Shown here: positions 13,061-28,782 of the stretch, one piece after another
Layout of the letters: each line of letters opens with the position of its first letter
Numbering within the stretch: the stretch's first letter is position 1
Assembly: GCF_009914755.1 (NCBI RefSeq)
Contig: NC_060926.1
Direction: 5' to 3' (one strand)
From: the human T2T-CHM13v2.0 reference genome, Homo sapiens
Length of the DNA: 64,000 nt
Notes under the pieces: generated by a model
Databases searched by the model: none
What the model was told of the DNA's origin: nothing
What the model saw: only the letters and a program-made list of their open reading frames with translations
Program-made: the position numbers and the translations under genes

Positions 13061-13659
13061 TCTGACACGCACTGTCATGGATAATAATCACAAATGTCAT
13101 TCTTGTGAACACATGTTCCTGCTCCTCCTTAGTTATTTCTCATGAGTTAGTCTTCTCTTCTTAGTAAGACTCTGGATGAGGACTAGATACTATTGTCTTT
13201 TGTAGCAGATCAGGAGAAAAGTTACACAGTGTTTCAAGCTGCTTGCCAGGGATCACATGCACTGTGGGCTTGTGACAGAGCCAGAGTTAGGATACTTCTG
13301 AGTCGTGACCAGACCTCATTTCACTGCTTCCCACAAAGCCCCCCATGTTTCTTCCCACTCTTTCCCACACAAGTCCAGGTCTATAGTTCCTCAGAGAAAA
13401 AGTGGGCATAATGGTAAGAAATAATTTCTTGGTTTCCATACCTATAATAAATAGTTACCTCACTGATCCAAGGTCAGCTCCCAATTCTGTTCCCAAAGAT
13501 TCAAAGAGATGATCAGTCTGTCAGGGTTGGACCCGCATCTTATCTTTTTTTAATTTACAGTGAAAAATACAACTGTCAAAGAGAACAGCTGTTCATATAT
13601 TTTGAGCAATTTTTTTTCTTCCCATAAAAGAATTATACAGTAAATCAAAATTTAGTCAG

Positions 13660-13683
13660 GTGTGTGTGTGTGTGTGTGTGTGT
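13660..13683. repeat. (TG)n microsatellite
   Basis: About 12 GT units. Confidence 0.95.
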
Positions 13684-14429
13684 ATGAAGAATCAGAAAGA
13701 GAGGAGGCAATTGTACAAGTGTCAAATGGCATAAAGGTGTACCTGACTGTTACATGTATGCCTACGTTAGATAAAGATGAATCACACAAGATGAATCCTT
13801 GACCTATTTCCTGGATGATGCTAAGATGGGCCCAGCAAATAAACAAAATTCCTTGAGGTGGAGGAACCTACTAAATAAAAATGAACAATGTCACAGGCAT
13901 TGGCCCTCCCTGTTTAGAATCCACTGATACCACTCTCCTTCTTAATCACACACGCTGCTCCCCAATCTGCTTCTCCCACCTCTCTTCCCACCTCTTTCTC
14001 ATCCTCTACTTGACTTCATTAATTCCAACCAAGAGCACTACCCCCTTAAATTAACAAGTAATTTTAGGTCCAACATCTCCTTTTTGATGTATAACATTCC
14101 CTCCACAACATACTAATGATATGCAAACTTCAGCTTTGCCTGAGGACACAGTTTTAGGAAAAACCCAATGGGGCCAGGCAGCCAGAGGAGGGGAATCATG
14201 CAGTCTTTGCCGTGTTATAGCTATTTTATAAATTTTTGTTACATAAAATAATGCTGAGATGAGTTCATTCTGTTTTCTTTCTAGTGAAAAAAGCAGAAAT
14301 TCTTAAATAAAATATATCTGGAAGTATTTTGTTAGTAAATGACAGATTACCCCTTTGTTTCTAGAGATCTATCAATGTAATTAAAATATGACATAGTTCT
14401 ACTGTGCACAAGGAAATTAGGTAGCTACA

Positions 14430-15105
<676 letters not shown>

Positions 15106-15106
15106 T

Positions 15107-15143
<37 letters not shown>
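15106..15143. repeat. (TAGA)n tetranucleotide
   Basis: About 9 TAGA units directly after the LTR end. Confidence 0.95.
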
Positions 15144-15196
15144 TAAGGGTATTCAAATAAAAGTTTTGCAAGTGATCAAGATGTATGGAAATATAA

Positions 15197-15557
<361 letters not shown>

Positions 15558-17735
15558 TATAGTTTCTAAATTATATCTCAGAAGCTCTACTCTTGATTTA
15601 ATGTATTTCTTAAGGAGATTGGTTAATATTTTAACATAAACTATAATTTCCAATTTACTTGCATCTCATATATGAGGACCTCAGTGGAAGTTAATAGAGG
15701 GCATAAGTAAATGAATAGGTGTATGAGGAATATGTTGTTCTTCACTGGCCTTTTAGGCAGGCTGTGAAACCGTTTCAATAAAAACACTTACGGCTTGGGA
15801 GTGACGGGGCAGCTTCCTGGGCGTGGAAAGACAAACTCTGCTGAGAGGCAGACATCAGTGCATTTACAGAAAGTCTGGGGAAAAAATAAATAAATAAATA
15901 AAACAACTAACACGTATTTAGCCTCTGCTATGTGCCAAATGCCTCACACACATTATCTCTTTTGATCTCAAAACAACTCAATAAGTAGGTAACATGATGT
16001 CCCTTTTATAAATGGGACTTACGGTGGCAAAAAAAAAAAAAAATTGCCAGTTAACTTTACAGCAGTTGAATGGCTCATCTAAGATTTGAATCAACTTATC
16101 TGCCTGATTCTAAAGTTCATGCTTTTCAATACTATGCTGACTTCTGTTTTCTGCTCTCTGTGTATGGCCCAGGGACTAGGTAGGACCAGAATTACTTGAT
16201 TTGCGGGAAGATTCCCAAAAGAGGAAAGTCAGAGCTCTTTCTCACACTTCTTATCTGGTTAATCCAGGAATGTAGAAACTGAAGTACTGGCTAAGGATCC
16301 TGGTTTATACTCATTCCCTTCTAGGCAGCAAGCTGTCAGCATTTATAATATGATTAGAGATTATAACTGTATTTACAAACCTGGGGTGACCTATCCAGGC
16401 AGATCAAAGGCAGCCTTTGTAATTTAATGGTATTCCAAAAGGGAAATGGAGTAGCCCCTAATTAAAGAGAGAAAGTCTAAGCACCCAAAGAGAAACGAAC
16501 AATAATGAAAACTTTGAAGTTGACATTTTTTTATGCCTGATCTCATTGGTCATAAAAGGGTAAATCACCGCTGGTTGCAAGCCTACTGTGTTTCTAGCAC
16601 CAATGGTGGGTACTTCATATGTGTGGTCTCATGGATGTACAGGAAGGGGAGCAGGTTGATGACAGCTTGTCTGACTTACCAATGATGATCCTGAGAATCA
16701 GAGAGAGAAAGTAAAGTAATGTACCTGTTCTTCTCCTGTGTTCATTGCCTGTTAACATACCAGCTACCTACTCTTCTCTATCCTTTCCTTTGTCATTTCT
16801 AATTCTAGAACTGAATGATAAAATACCAGTTCTCAAAATCTAAAATCTGAGCTTATGTCTCACAAGTCTGTTTTGTTTCAACATGATGAGAATTAGTCTA
16901 AAACTGAGAAGCCACCTAGGAGCAGTTGGACACATTTCACAGGCAAGATTCCAGTGTGGAAATCACAGGAGAATGGCTGTCATGAATTTGGGAAGCTATG
17001 TACAATACAGAAGAAGCTGTGTTTCCATTCTAGGAGACCTAGGCCAGACATGTGAGTAGGAAGGAAGGGGATTAGCTACTCAAAATAGACAAAATGAAAA
17101 AAATAAGAATTGTGCAATATGTAGTGGCTATCAGAAATAAGATATGGAGTGGGGGATTATGGTACTGGGTTAATTTTAGGAATAAAAGGAATTTCCCTGC
17201 ATTCCCCCGAAATGCCTCTCATCCCCAGATATAATCACAGGTGCTAGACATTGATTCAATAGGGAGAACACACAGATTGTTAAAAACAAAACCGAGCTTC
17301 AGTGGCAGAGACCAATATGTCAGTCTGAAATCTGTCTCTCAACTAGTTGTGTGGGTATCTGTGAAACAAGTAGCCTCATTTAGTCTTGGTTTTACCATCT
17401 GTGGCAATATTCCCTGAACTGCCTCTTCCATGAGGTTGCTGGGATGCTACAAAGAGAAAATACACAATCACAAATCACCAAAAGAGAAGCAAAATAAATG
17501 AGATTGTTTATTTTTACAAGTAGTTTGTCAAGTTCCTCAAATAAAGTCCAATTTTTAAAAGACTTGAACACGTGATGACGTGGTCACACCCAATAAAACA
17601 GGGTCAGGAAAGCTGAGAAGCAACCAAGGCTTGAGAACAATGTTTGTGACCTAAGAATAAAGAATTTAAGTTTTGGAATAAGATAAAGAAAAGCAAAGAA
17701 GGGATAGGCCGGCTTGGATAGAGAGTATTGTGTTA

Positions 17736-18033
17736 GGCTGGGCGCAGTGGCTCAAGCCTGTAATCCCAACACTTTGGGAGGCTGAGGCAGGTGGATCACG
17801 AGGTCAGTAGTTTGAGACCACCTGATCAACATGGTGAAATCCCATCTCTACTAAAAAATACAAAAATTAGCCAGGCGTGATGGCATGCACCTGTAATCTG
17901 AGCTACTCAGGAGGCTGAGGCAGGAGAATCCTGCTTGAACCCGGGAGGCAGAGGTTGCAGTGAGCTGAGATGGCACCACTGCACTCCAGCCTGGGTGACA
18001 GAGAAAGACTCCATCTCAAAAAAAAAAAAAAAA
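17736..18033 (+). mobile_element. Alu (AluS-type)
   Basis: Full dimer, A tail, 14-bp TSD AGAGTATTGTGTTA (17722-17735, 18034-18047). Confidence 0.97.
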
Positions 18034-18419
18034 AGAGTATTGTGTTAAACATGACTAAGAGAAAAGAGAGCAAGTGAGGGCCTGTACTTGCTCCTCTGGC
18101 AGTTAGTTCTTCACCACTAGAATTGTTAAAGAAAAACTACATGTTTACCTATCAGAAATGTTATAAAGGGAATTCCCACATTGTGGAGATGTTAAGGCAT
18201 ATCACTCTTAAGTTTTCCTCTAGTTTCAAGATTTGATCAAAGGCCACAAAATATGGCAGGATCAATTTCAAAATGCATTATTAGTGACCCAGATAGAAAT
18301 TTAAGATAAAACTCAAGCTCACATTAAATATATAGATGGATTGGTAATGTCTCTCATAATAATGAGAAATGGTCAATTGTATAGTATGTACTGCCACGCA
18401 GGAAAAAAAACAAGATATT

Positions 18420-18585
18420 CAGTCATTAACCTGTTGTAGGATCTTGGGCAAGCTACTTAACCTTATTGGGTCTTACTCCTAGGTTTACTCTGCTCTTAGG
18501 ATCATGAAATCCTTCTCTTGGCTTGAGTTTATTTAAGATAGGGAATCCAGTCTCCTCATCTCTTAGCAGAGGGGGTTGGACTTCT
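18420..18585 (+). mobile_element. MIR/MIR3 core interrupted by a 77-bp insertion
   Basis: ATCTTGGGCAAGCTACTTAACCT...[insert]...TCTCCTCATCT...GAGGGGGTTGGACT. Confidence 0.65.
18475..18551 (+). repeat. 77-bp direct repeat, copy 1
   Basis: 73/77 identical to 19222-19298. Confidence 0.97.
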
Positions 18586-19221
18586 TATCATTCTCTCTAA
18601 GGATACAATATATCTGACAACCTAAAATCCTATATTTCACAAAGGAGAGTTGTCCAGAAAATAGAACTGTTCCTTTGAAAGAAAATATTTTTCTCTGTGT
18701 TGAAGAAAGGTCACCTTACATTTGGGGCAACAAAAAGGTTATCAAATCTTTCTTTGAAAACAACAAGGAATTAGTTATGGAGTAAAAAAACTGAACTAAA
18801 AAGATAATCATTTACAGCTTTATTGCCTCATGGCAAAAGCAGTTCATGTTACCTTTAACGTTGTCTTCAAAATTACAAGACTCTAAATTATAGGGCGTGT
18901 TGTAACCATAACCACCTACAAATATTACAAGATTACTTTCTTAACCATTGCCCTTCATTCTAAGTTCCCCACCCACATTTACCTCAAAGTCTGACCTCTC
19001 TCTTTCATGTTCATTCCTTTCTTTCCAAAATGCCTTTTCATAAAAGTCTGAATCTATAATTTGTATTTTATTAAATCTACCTATATCACTTCTACTTCAT
19101 CATGAGATGGACACTTTTTTTGATGCAAATCCCCCAAAATATGATTACATCTTTTTACACGGTCTTAGTGGAAATGGCCATTGATAGTCCCAAGTCCTTA
19201 TTGTCTAGACCTGGAGTGACA

Positions 19222-19298
19222 ACTCCTAGGCTTTCTCTGCTCTTAAGATCATGAAATCCTTCTCTTGGCTTGAGTTTATTTCAGATAGGGAATCCAGT
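19222..19298 (+). repeat. 77-bp direct repeat, copy 2
   Basis: 73/77 identical to 18475-18551. Confidence 0.97.
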
Positions 19299-19764
19299 GC
19301 AAGGGCAGAGCTCGACAGGACACTGAGTATAGCTAAGCAGGAAGTAAAGATCTATTGCTTAATTTCTTTATGGTGATAAAGGAGAATCAACAGAAGAGAG
19401 GGTAAAAAAGGAAGAAAGCTAGCTCTTGTTGAACACTTACTATATTCTAGGCACAGTGTTAAGCACATTAGTCATTGTCCCACTGAATCAGCATAATATC
19501 CCAGCAACTACTATGTCTAAACATGGGGTTAGGCACTTGAAGTCTTTATCCTTTGACGACTCATGATGCCCATTTCAATGGAGTGAAAACATGTAAGCCA
19601 TTCTCTGATACCACACAGCTGATAACTGGCTAAAACAAGACTCACACTCATCTTTCACCCTCATGTCCAATTCTCTTTTCTTTCTATCCTAGCTGCCACC
19701 TGGTATGTAAGAGTTTTATGGTTGTAAAGGCAAATAAAATGTTTTATGGTTGCCCAATGGAGGA

Positions 19765-20143
19765 TTTGATAAATTCTCCACCCCAAATTTTCTCTCACAG
19801 AGACTGATGATGATATACATGTACAAAGATGGTACAAAAACATTTATAACTCACATCATAGAACTTTCTGGGGGGAGCATGACCAGGCACCCAAGCTGCT
19901 GGGGAATCACTCTAGTGAAGGGATGGGCAAGTGGCTTTGGCTGTTATCATGGCTAGGGACTGGGGCCAGGGTGAAGGGCCCTATACCTCAGACCAGGGAT
20001 TCCATGGTTAGAACTTCCTTCTGGTGCAAATGGAGGGTACACCTAGGCTTTCTAATCAGCTTACTCAGACATGGAGCAAGAGGGAAGGCAGAGAGATAGA
20101 GCATGAACACTGTGAGTGGTCACACATAAAAAAATGGAGTCAC
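19765..20143 (-). mobile_element. ERVL-class LTR (MER54/MER73/LTR53-type group, subfamily uncertain)
   Basis: Resembles recalled antisense ERVL LTR text (ATTTATAACTCACAT...CTTTCTGGGG...GGCTTTCTAATCAGCTT...AAAAATGGAGTCA); 19769-19999 is arm A of an inverted repeat. Confidence 0.55.
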
Positions 20144-20685
<542 letters not shown>

Positions 20686-20689
20686 TGTG

Positions 20690-20921
20690 TCCCTGGTCTG
20701 TGGCATAGGGCCCTTCACCCTGGCCCCAGTCCCTAGCCATAATAACACCCAGAGCCACTTGCTCGTCCCTTCACTAGGATGATTCCCCAGCACCATGGGT
20801 GCCTGGCCATTCCCCCCCCTAGAAAGTTCCATAATGTGAGTTATACATCTTTTCATACCATCTTTGTACATGTGTATCATCATCAGTCTCCATGAGAGGA
20901 AATTTAGGGTGGAGAGTTTAT
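20690..20921 (+). repeat. Inverted copy (arm B) of 19769-19999
   Basis: Manual alignment of the reverse complement gives about 27 differences in 232 bp and a 36-bp perfect block; followed by an A-rich tract at 20922-20965. Confidence 0.97.
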
Positions 20922-22539
20922 TAGAAAGAATAAATAATAAATAAATAATTTTTTAAATAAATAAAGCCTAGCATATTAATTATTACAAAGATTAGATAAA
21001 CAAGATAAAGTTATCCAGTATAACGACCTTTTGTGTATGTCAAAACATAAAGAACATATTTAAATATTCAAAGAATTAGCTCTAAATGTACACTTCTAAT
21101 ATATGGCCATAATAAAGCTCCTTTAGAATCATATATTTTAAAAATGGAGTTGCCCTCTTTGCTACAATAAATGAGCTGAATAGGTAGAAGGCGATGTGCT
21201 CTGAGTCAAGATTTAGAAACGTCACTCAGACAATGACATTTGCCTTAGAACATTCTTTCCCTTATACCCAAGCCCGAGAGAGAGAGTCAGGAAGCTCTGC
21301 CTGGTGATAACCTCAAAAGAACAGCACCTGTTTCTTTCTCTGTGCCTAATGAAGGCTACGCAGATGAAAGCACAACACTCAGTTGTAAACAATAATCAAC
21401 CCCAGTCCATCAGAAGCCAAATTATATGTTTGTGTGGATGGAAAGGGCTGAAAATTCCCACCTGCTAGTGGCTGGGTAAAACATGCTCCAGTCCAGTGTT
21501 CATGAGAACATCTCAAGAGCTAGCTTCAAACTAAACACTTCACTAATATTTATTGTGACTACAGTGTATGCCAAGTATTTTAGATGCATTCTTTTCAATC
21601 CACCCCCATAACCAGCATGCATGGCAGTTGTTCAAATCAAATGTGTTATAGTATAGTGAAGCTCAGATGGGGCTGCAGCAGTGTACAACTCCAGAGGGAG
21701 TTGTTTTCATCGTCATCTATGTGGGTGGCATCTACTGAGGCTGTACGGTGAATGGCCTGTAGAGCTGTGCTGGGGGCCCTGCTCAGAAGTGTGAAGTAAC
21801 TTGCTCTAGATAACACACCTAGGAAATGGCCGTTCTGTAATTTGAACCCAAGCATTTAGAATGACAAAGTTCATATGTGAGTTCTTCTGTAAGATATGGG
21901 AAACTGATTTTTAAAATGGCTGAAAGGAAGTTAGGGGTGGCAGTGGTAATATATTTTTGTAATTGCTTTTCCTTAAGGTCTGTCTTCAGGGCTTTCAAGA
22001 AGAAAATTAGCATTCAGTCTGGGACTCCCAAGGGTGGCAGTTGGCAAGCAGTAAATACAAGCCTATGAATGTTAAGCAGGACATCGACTAGGCATTTCAG
22101 TGCAGTATTGGCCTCTTATGTTTGGAATTCCTAAGTTCTGGGTTCAGGAGTTATTTTTGGTGAGGAATCAGGAGGATGATGAGGCTCAGGAAAGAATTAG
22201 AAAAGCTCTTGAATACTCACCTGTTTAGGAACACTGATCACACTTGCAGGAAAAGAGAGTTATAAAGAGCATTCTAAAGTTTATTTGGATCAGTAGCCCA
22301 TAAGAACGTAGACAAAGTCAATCAAACAATGCTAGACTCTGGGGAGCCCCTTCTCTGTGTGTGGAGGCAGTATTACACACAGTTGAGGGTGTGCATTGAG
22401 CTGAGTGCTTTGAGGCATAACTTGGAGAGTGAGACCAGGACAAAGCCCCTGAGGAGTTGACAACCTAACGAAGAATATGGCACTGAATACCAGGTCCGGA
22501 AGTTAAGAAAAATGGCCCCGAGAAGATGGCATATGCACT

Positions 22540-23640
22540 GAGCCTTTAGTCATTACTGTGAGTTAAGCTTACAATGGTAAATGAGACTGATTAGGGCCCT
22601 GCTTTCAGTGTGCTAAACTTAAGCATATAAATAAACTAAAAAGAAAGAAGCCAATACTGAATACAATTAAGCAACGGGATTAAGCAATGGGATAGTGACT
22701 AGGGAGGGATGGCAATCAGATGATGAGCTGAGGGCAGCCCTCACTGAATAAGGGACATTGGAACTAAGACCTGAATGACAAGAAATTGTCAGCAAAGAAA
22801 AGATCAGGAGCCTAAAATTTAGGCAGAAGGAGCAGCAAATACTAAGAACCAGGCAGAGAAATGAGCTTGGGTTTTGGAGAAACATAAAGAAATCCACAGT
22901 AACTGGTGACACTACATGATGTCAAGGAAGAACCAGCTCAGATAGGGCTGTTTGGGGCCAAATTAGGAGTTTGGATTTTATCTTAAATGCAGCGAGAGTT
23001 CCCTGGAAGGTTTTCCACCAGGAAGTGATGTGATCTGATTTGTGTTTTTAAAATATCAATCTGGCTACTGCATAGAAAATGGTATGTGCAGGGTGAGTGA
23101 GAGAGGAGACTAGAGTTAATTTAAGGACTACTGGAGTCATTCAGGAGAAAAATGAAGGAGATTAAATAGAGCACACTGGATTGGGAGAGAAGTGGAAAGA
23201 CTTGGGATGTATTTTGATCGTAGAGAGAACTTACTGATGGATTGGCTGTAGATGGTGAAAGAAAAAGAAAATGTGAAAAACAAAAAAGACCCTAGGTCTT
23301 TGTACTGAGCAATTTGAATAAATGGCTTGCCTCTGACCTAGAAGAAGTAGCTCAGAGAGGAGAACAAAAAATTCTCTGTTAACCATGATAAGTGTAGACT
23401 GTAAATTAAGCATTCAAGCAGCATTATCCAACAGGCAGTTGGATATTTGATTTCAGAGCTAAATGGGGAGACTAAGACTAGGGCCATAAATGTGGAAGCC
23501 ATTAGTGGGATTAAAGGAGATCTTCTAGGGAAAGTAACTAAAGAACCAAAATTAGCAAGCCTAGGGACTTCCAAAATTAGAGACATCTGAAATAAAAAAA
23601 GCCACACAAAGACTGAGCCCTTACACATGAGGAGAACTTG
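22540..23640 (-). mobile_element. L2 fragment(s)
   Basis: GGGACATTGGAACTAAGACCTGAATGACAAGAA, GGAGTTTGGATTTTATCTTAAATGCAG, GATCTGATTTGTGTTTTTAAAA. Confidence 0.7.
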
Positions 23641-23731
23641 AGATGGCAAAGGCATTTCATTCCTTCATTTAACAAATATCTCCGCCTAATATATGTCAGT
23701 CTTCTTGCTCTGTATTAAGAGTGATATGATG

Positions 23732-24740
<1,009 letters not shown>

Positions 24741-24958
24741 GGTGTCTCTGGAGTCAGAATGCTGGTTCAAGTTTCATCTACCCCTCTTTCTGGCTTTGTG
24801 ACCTGGAGAGGGTTATTTAGTGCTTGAACAGGTCATATAATCTTCTGAAACCTAAATTTTTTATGTGGAAAATATGAATAATGAGTACATTTAAATGGTT
24901 ACTCAGATGATGAAATGAAATGATACTTACAAAACACATTGAATGTGTGTTAAGCACG

Positions 24959-25445
24959 GGGTGGCAGATAGCCTAATAGCCCCCAAAGATGTCCTAATCC
25001 CCGGAACCTGTGAATATGTTATCTTACACGGCAAAGGGAAATTAAGATTGCTAACCAAATAACCTTCTGTTGGTGAGAGTAGCCTGGCTTATCCAGGTGG
25101 TTCCAATGTAATCACCAGGGTCCTTATATGTAGAAGAGGAAGGCAGAAGAGAGAGCAATGAGACAGCAGCCTGCAAAGGACTTGTTCCCATGTCGCTGGC
25201 TTTGAATATGAAAGAAGAGGCCCTGGATCCAAGGAATGGGGGCGGCTTCTAAAAGCTGGAAGTGATAAGGAAACAGATTCTCTCCTAGAGCCTCCAGAAA
25301 GGAACAGGGTCCTATCCAAACCTTGATTTTAGTCCATTGAGACCCATGTCAGACTTCTGACCTACAGAACTGTAAGATCATTTGCATTATATTAAGCCAC
25401 CAAGTGTGGGGAAATTTGTCACAGCTGCAACAGAAAACTAGCCCA
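24959..25445 (+). mobile_element. MLT1D MaLR solo LTR
   Basis: CCCCAAAGATGTCCTAATCCCCGGAACCTGTGAATATGTT...GATTCTCTCCTAGAGCCTCCAGAAAGGAAC...CAGAAAACTA. Confidence 0.85.
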
Positions 25446-26078
25446 CACTACAATCGATGCTGGCTGTTAGGAAAATTACTATAGAAGTCTCAAGAAGAAG
25501 AAACAGGAGGGAGGGGAAAGGAGGGAAATTGAAAGAAGAGAACTTCTTGTTGAAAGTGAGTGCTTCCTATTAGGAAGGGATGAGAAAGTGCAGGGTGTGT
25601 TTAGGAAGCAGCAAATGATAGCACATGCCTTGATCATAAAGTTGATTATAAAGCTGAAAAATTAAAGTGAAGGGCTTTTAGTGCCAAGCTGAGATGCTTG
25701 GGTGTAATTGTACACTCAGTGCTGAATGATGTTTCAGGTAATCTGTGCCCATTGCAGTTTCCAAGTGTTCTTTCGTCTAATCCACCTTCTTTCCTTTAAG
25801 ATATGAATCCTTCCAGCAATAGTTGCCTTTTCAAAGAGAACTTAGGAAGTCAAAAATATAATTTCTGGAGAGAAATTTTTGAGGAGTTAAGACATCAGGA
25901 ATGGGGAGCACTAAAGCCATTTCATGTACATGGGGGTACTTCTCAAGTTATCTTACAACAGCAGAGCAATGAGGAAGGAATTTTTGAGGAAGGTGGACAT
26001 GACAAAGAATGTATAGAGTCTCTGTAGCTCATTGGCAAGAATTGACTCTCTCACGGCTCTATTAAAAACAAATGATTT

Positions 26079-26206
26079 TCGCTTGAACCCAGGAGGCAGA
26101 GGTTGCAGTGAGCCAAGATCACGTCATTGCACTCCAGCAGGCTGGGCAACAAGAGTGAAACTCCGTCAAAAAAAAACAAAAACAAAAACAAAAAACAACA
26201 ACAACA
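26079..26206 (+). mobile_element. 5'-truncated Alu (part of right arm) inside a MIR
   Basis: Begins TCGCTTGAACCCAGGAGGCAGAGG, (A4-5C)n tail; MIR core resumes CCTTGGACAAGTCACTT. Confidence 0.9.
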
Positions 26207-28729
26207 CAGATTATTTCCTTGGACAAGTCACTTCTCTTCTCAATGTCATCTGTGAAATGGGAATTGCAATTCTGGTCTTCTGGTCTAGCTTTCTGAAGAG
26301 ATTGCTGAGATCAAAGGAGTTAACATAACTGCAAGAACTTTGTAAGCAGAAAGGCACAATACATCTGCCATCAGTGCTCATTAGTCCTCAGGCTCCCAAC
26401 AGCATTGAGAGTGAATATGTCAGTCCTCCTGAGGCCGCAGAGCTGTCAGATTGCAGGTTTGATCATATATACACATAGCATACATCCTTCTCTTCATTTC
26501 TGTCTCTTATTGTCTTCCTCTTTTTCATATTCCTCTTCTAATCAACTGAACACTTTGATCACTATTTTGCCTTCTTGTTAAACAGATCTCTGAAATTCAT
26601 TTATTTGCAAACTGGTTTTACAAGTCAAATTGCTCATGCATAATGTTCAAGCATGTCAGAGAAAGCCTGGGGGTGGCATTCACCTGGGAAGAATCAACAG
26701 GCAGCAAGGCTGGCTGTTCTTTGAAACCAGGGCATTTTACTGGGATAAATATCATTTTGGATTTATTCTCTATTTCAAGAAGAGGAAGGAGAAAAGCATA
26801 AAAGTTTTAAGAGGTAATTTCATTGGTTAAACATCAATAATAATTTCCTAATTAATCCAGATGATGATTGTTACTAAAATTATATGTTCAAAGTAAGTTT
26901 CAAGGGTTTGATTTTTGTTGAGTATATCTTCCCTTTCCATGGCCTCCTTTTCAGGCTTGAATTGGCTATTTGTAAGCAATAAAATTACACACTGCTTCTA
27001 CCATGAAATGACCTCTGTCTTGTATAAATGAGGAGGTCTCCTTTCAAACTGTGCCCCCTCTCTTTTCCAATCTGGAGCCCTGGGCAGATGGCATGTTGGC
27101 TCACTCCCAGAAGGATCAAGCAGGTGAATTGGAAAAGAAGGAAAAGTGAGAAAGCCAAAGCTGGACACAGAATCTGCTCACTTGTGTGGGACACACACTG
27201 GGTAGGTTGATCCACTGCAGAGATGGATTCTGGAAGCACATCTAGGCAGGGAAATGGCCATCACCAAAGAATGGATGGAGGCATGTAGGGAGCTCAACTG
27301 TAATACAGGTATCTGCACCTGACACTGGACTACTTAGATGGGTGGAACTCAGCCCCAAGGATCCAAAACGAAGGGCCTGCCCCCCAGCAGGGCCAGCCAC
27401 GGTTGGTAGTTCCCCCATTTTGGTCCATTCTTACCCACGGAGCATATCCTTCTAGCCACCGTCAGATGCTTCCAACCAACCCAAGCTCTACTAGAAGTTG
27501 CTCTGGAAGATGAACTGTTTATGTAGTTATCATATAGTTTAATTTTCTCACTTTACTACATTCCAGAGAGCTGTGCCAGTGAGTGGCAGAGTCAAGGACC
27601 CCTGATTTGCAGAATACAGCCCACCTGAGCCGAGTTGCTGTGTCAGCTCTTGCTGGAGCTTGGCTTTCTAAGCATTATCTTACCATGTGAAAAGCACGGT
27701 TTTATATCCCAGAATAGGAAATTTGAGCCTATTGGAGGTAAAAAAAAAAAAAAAAAAAAAAAAAAAGCCTTCTGAGGTCTCCCTAAAACAGCCTCCATCA
27801 CCACCAAAGACAATTCCCATGCATAGTTAAGTGAATCAATACAAATGGAGCAGGTTACTAGAAAGGTTTTCAAAATTACATTTTAAAGCCAGGAAATGGT
27901 CATTTCTCTGCAGTCAGAATCTTAGAGGAAATCCTGAGAGGGCTCTTTTGCTAAATTGGTATGTGGTTTGCATCCCAGGTCTCTCTTTCATCTGTCACTC
28001 AGGATTCAGTCATCGTGCCATGGGTCCAGCTGGGTGGGGAACTCAGTCTCAGAGCTCAGGAACTAGGCTTGTTAGCGAAAAACTCAATGTCTCAAGAAAT
28101 TTTTTTTTTAGACATTTGCTTCTGCTTTCCTTGTTCTCTTACGACAAAGTGGCTCTCTCTCAGCCTCCAGCTACAGCCCTAGTCTGCTCCTGTCCCAAGT
28201 AAAGGCACAATATCGGGATAGATTAAGTGATTAAATAAACAAATATGTTAACCAATTTCATCACCATATCTTGGGTCAGGCTGTCTTCTCTACCAGGAAA
28301 TCTTTCCCAACTCATTACCCATTCCTTCACCACTCTGCTGAAAAATTCATCCTTAATAGGTAAATCAGTAATGAAGTCTCTCTTGCCCTTACTGCTTGAA
28401 TAACTTTGGAAGGCTTCCTTAGTGCTCCTACCATAGCTCATACAGTATTGCTTTCTGATAGTTTCTTGGCCTGTCTATATTGACATTGAGCCATGAGTTT
28501 CTTTCACACAGGGTTAGGGTCTGACTCGCCATAGTACAGGGCCTGCCAGGGTCAGCCCTTCAGAAATGTTTGTTGAGTTCATAGTAAATGAATGAGTGAA
28601 TGACTCAAGCTCTGAATGCCCCTACAGCAGCTAAGGCTGGCTATCAGTACAAAGAAAACAATGGATCCTATTGGCTTCAGAAATAGTTTAGAGAAATGGG
28701 CTCCTGGCCACACTTCCAAAACTGTCTCA

Positions 28730-28733
<4 letters not shown>

Positions 28734-28782
<49 letters not shown>
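28734..28782. repeat. Compound (CA)n(GA)n microsatellite
   Basis: CA run 28734-28764 then GA run to 28782. Confidence 0.97.
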
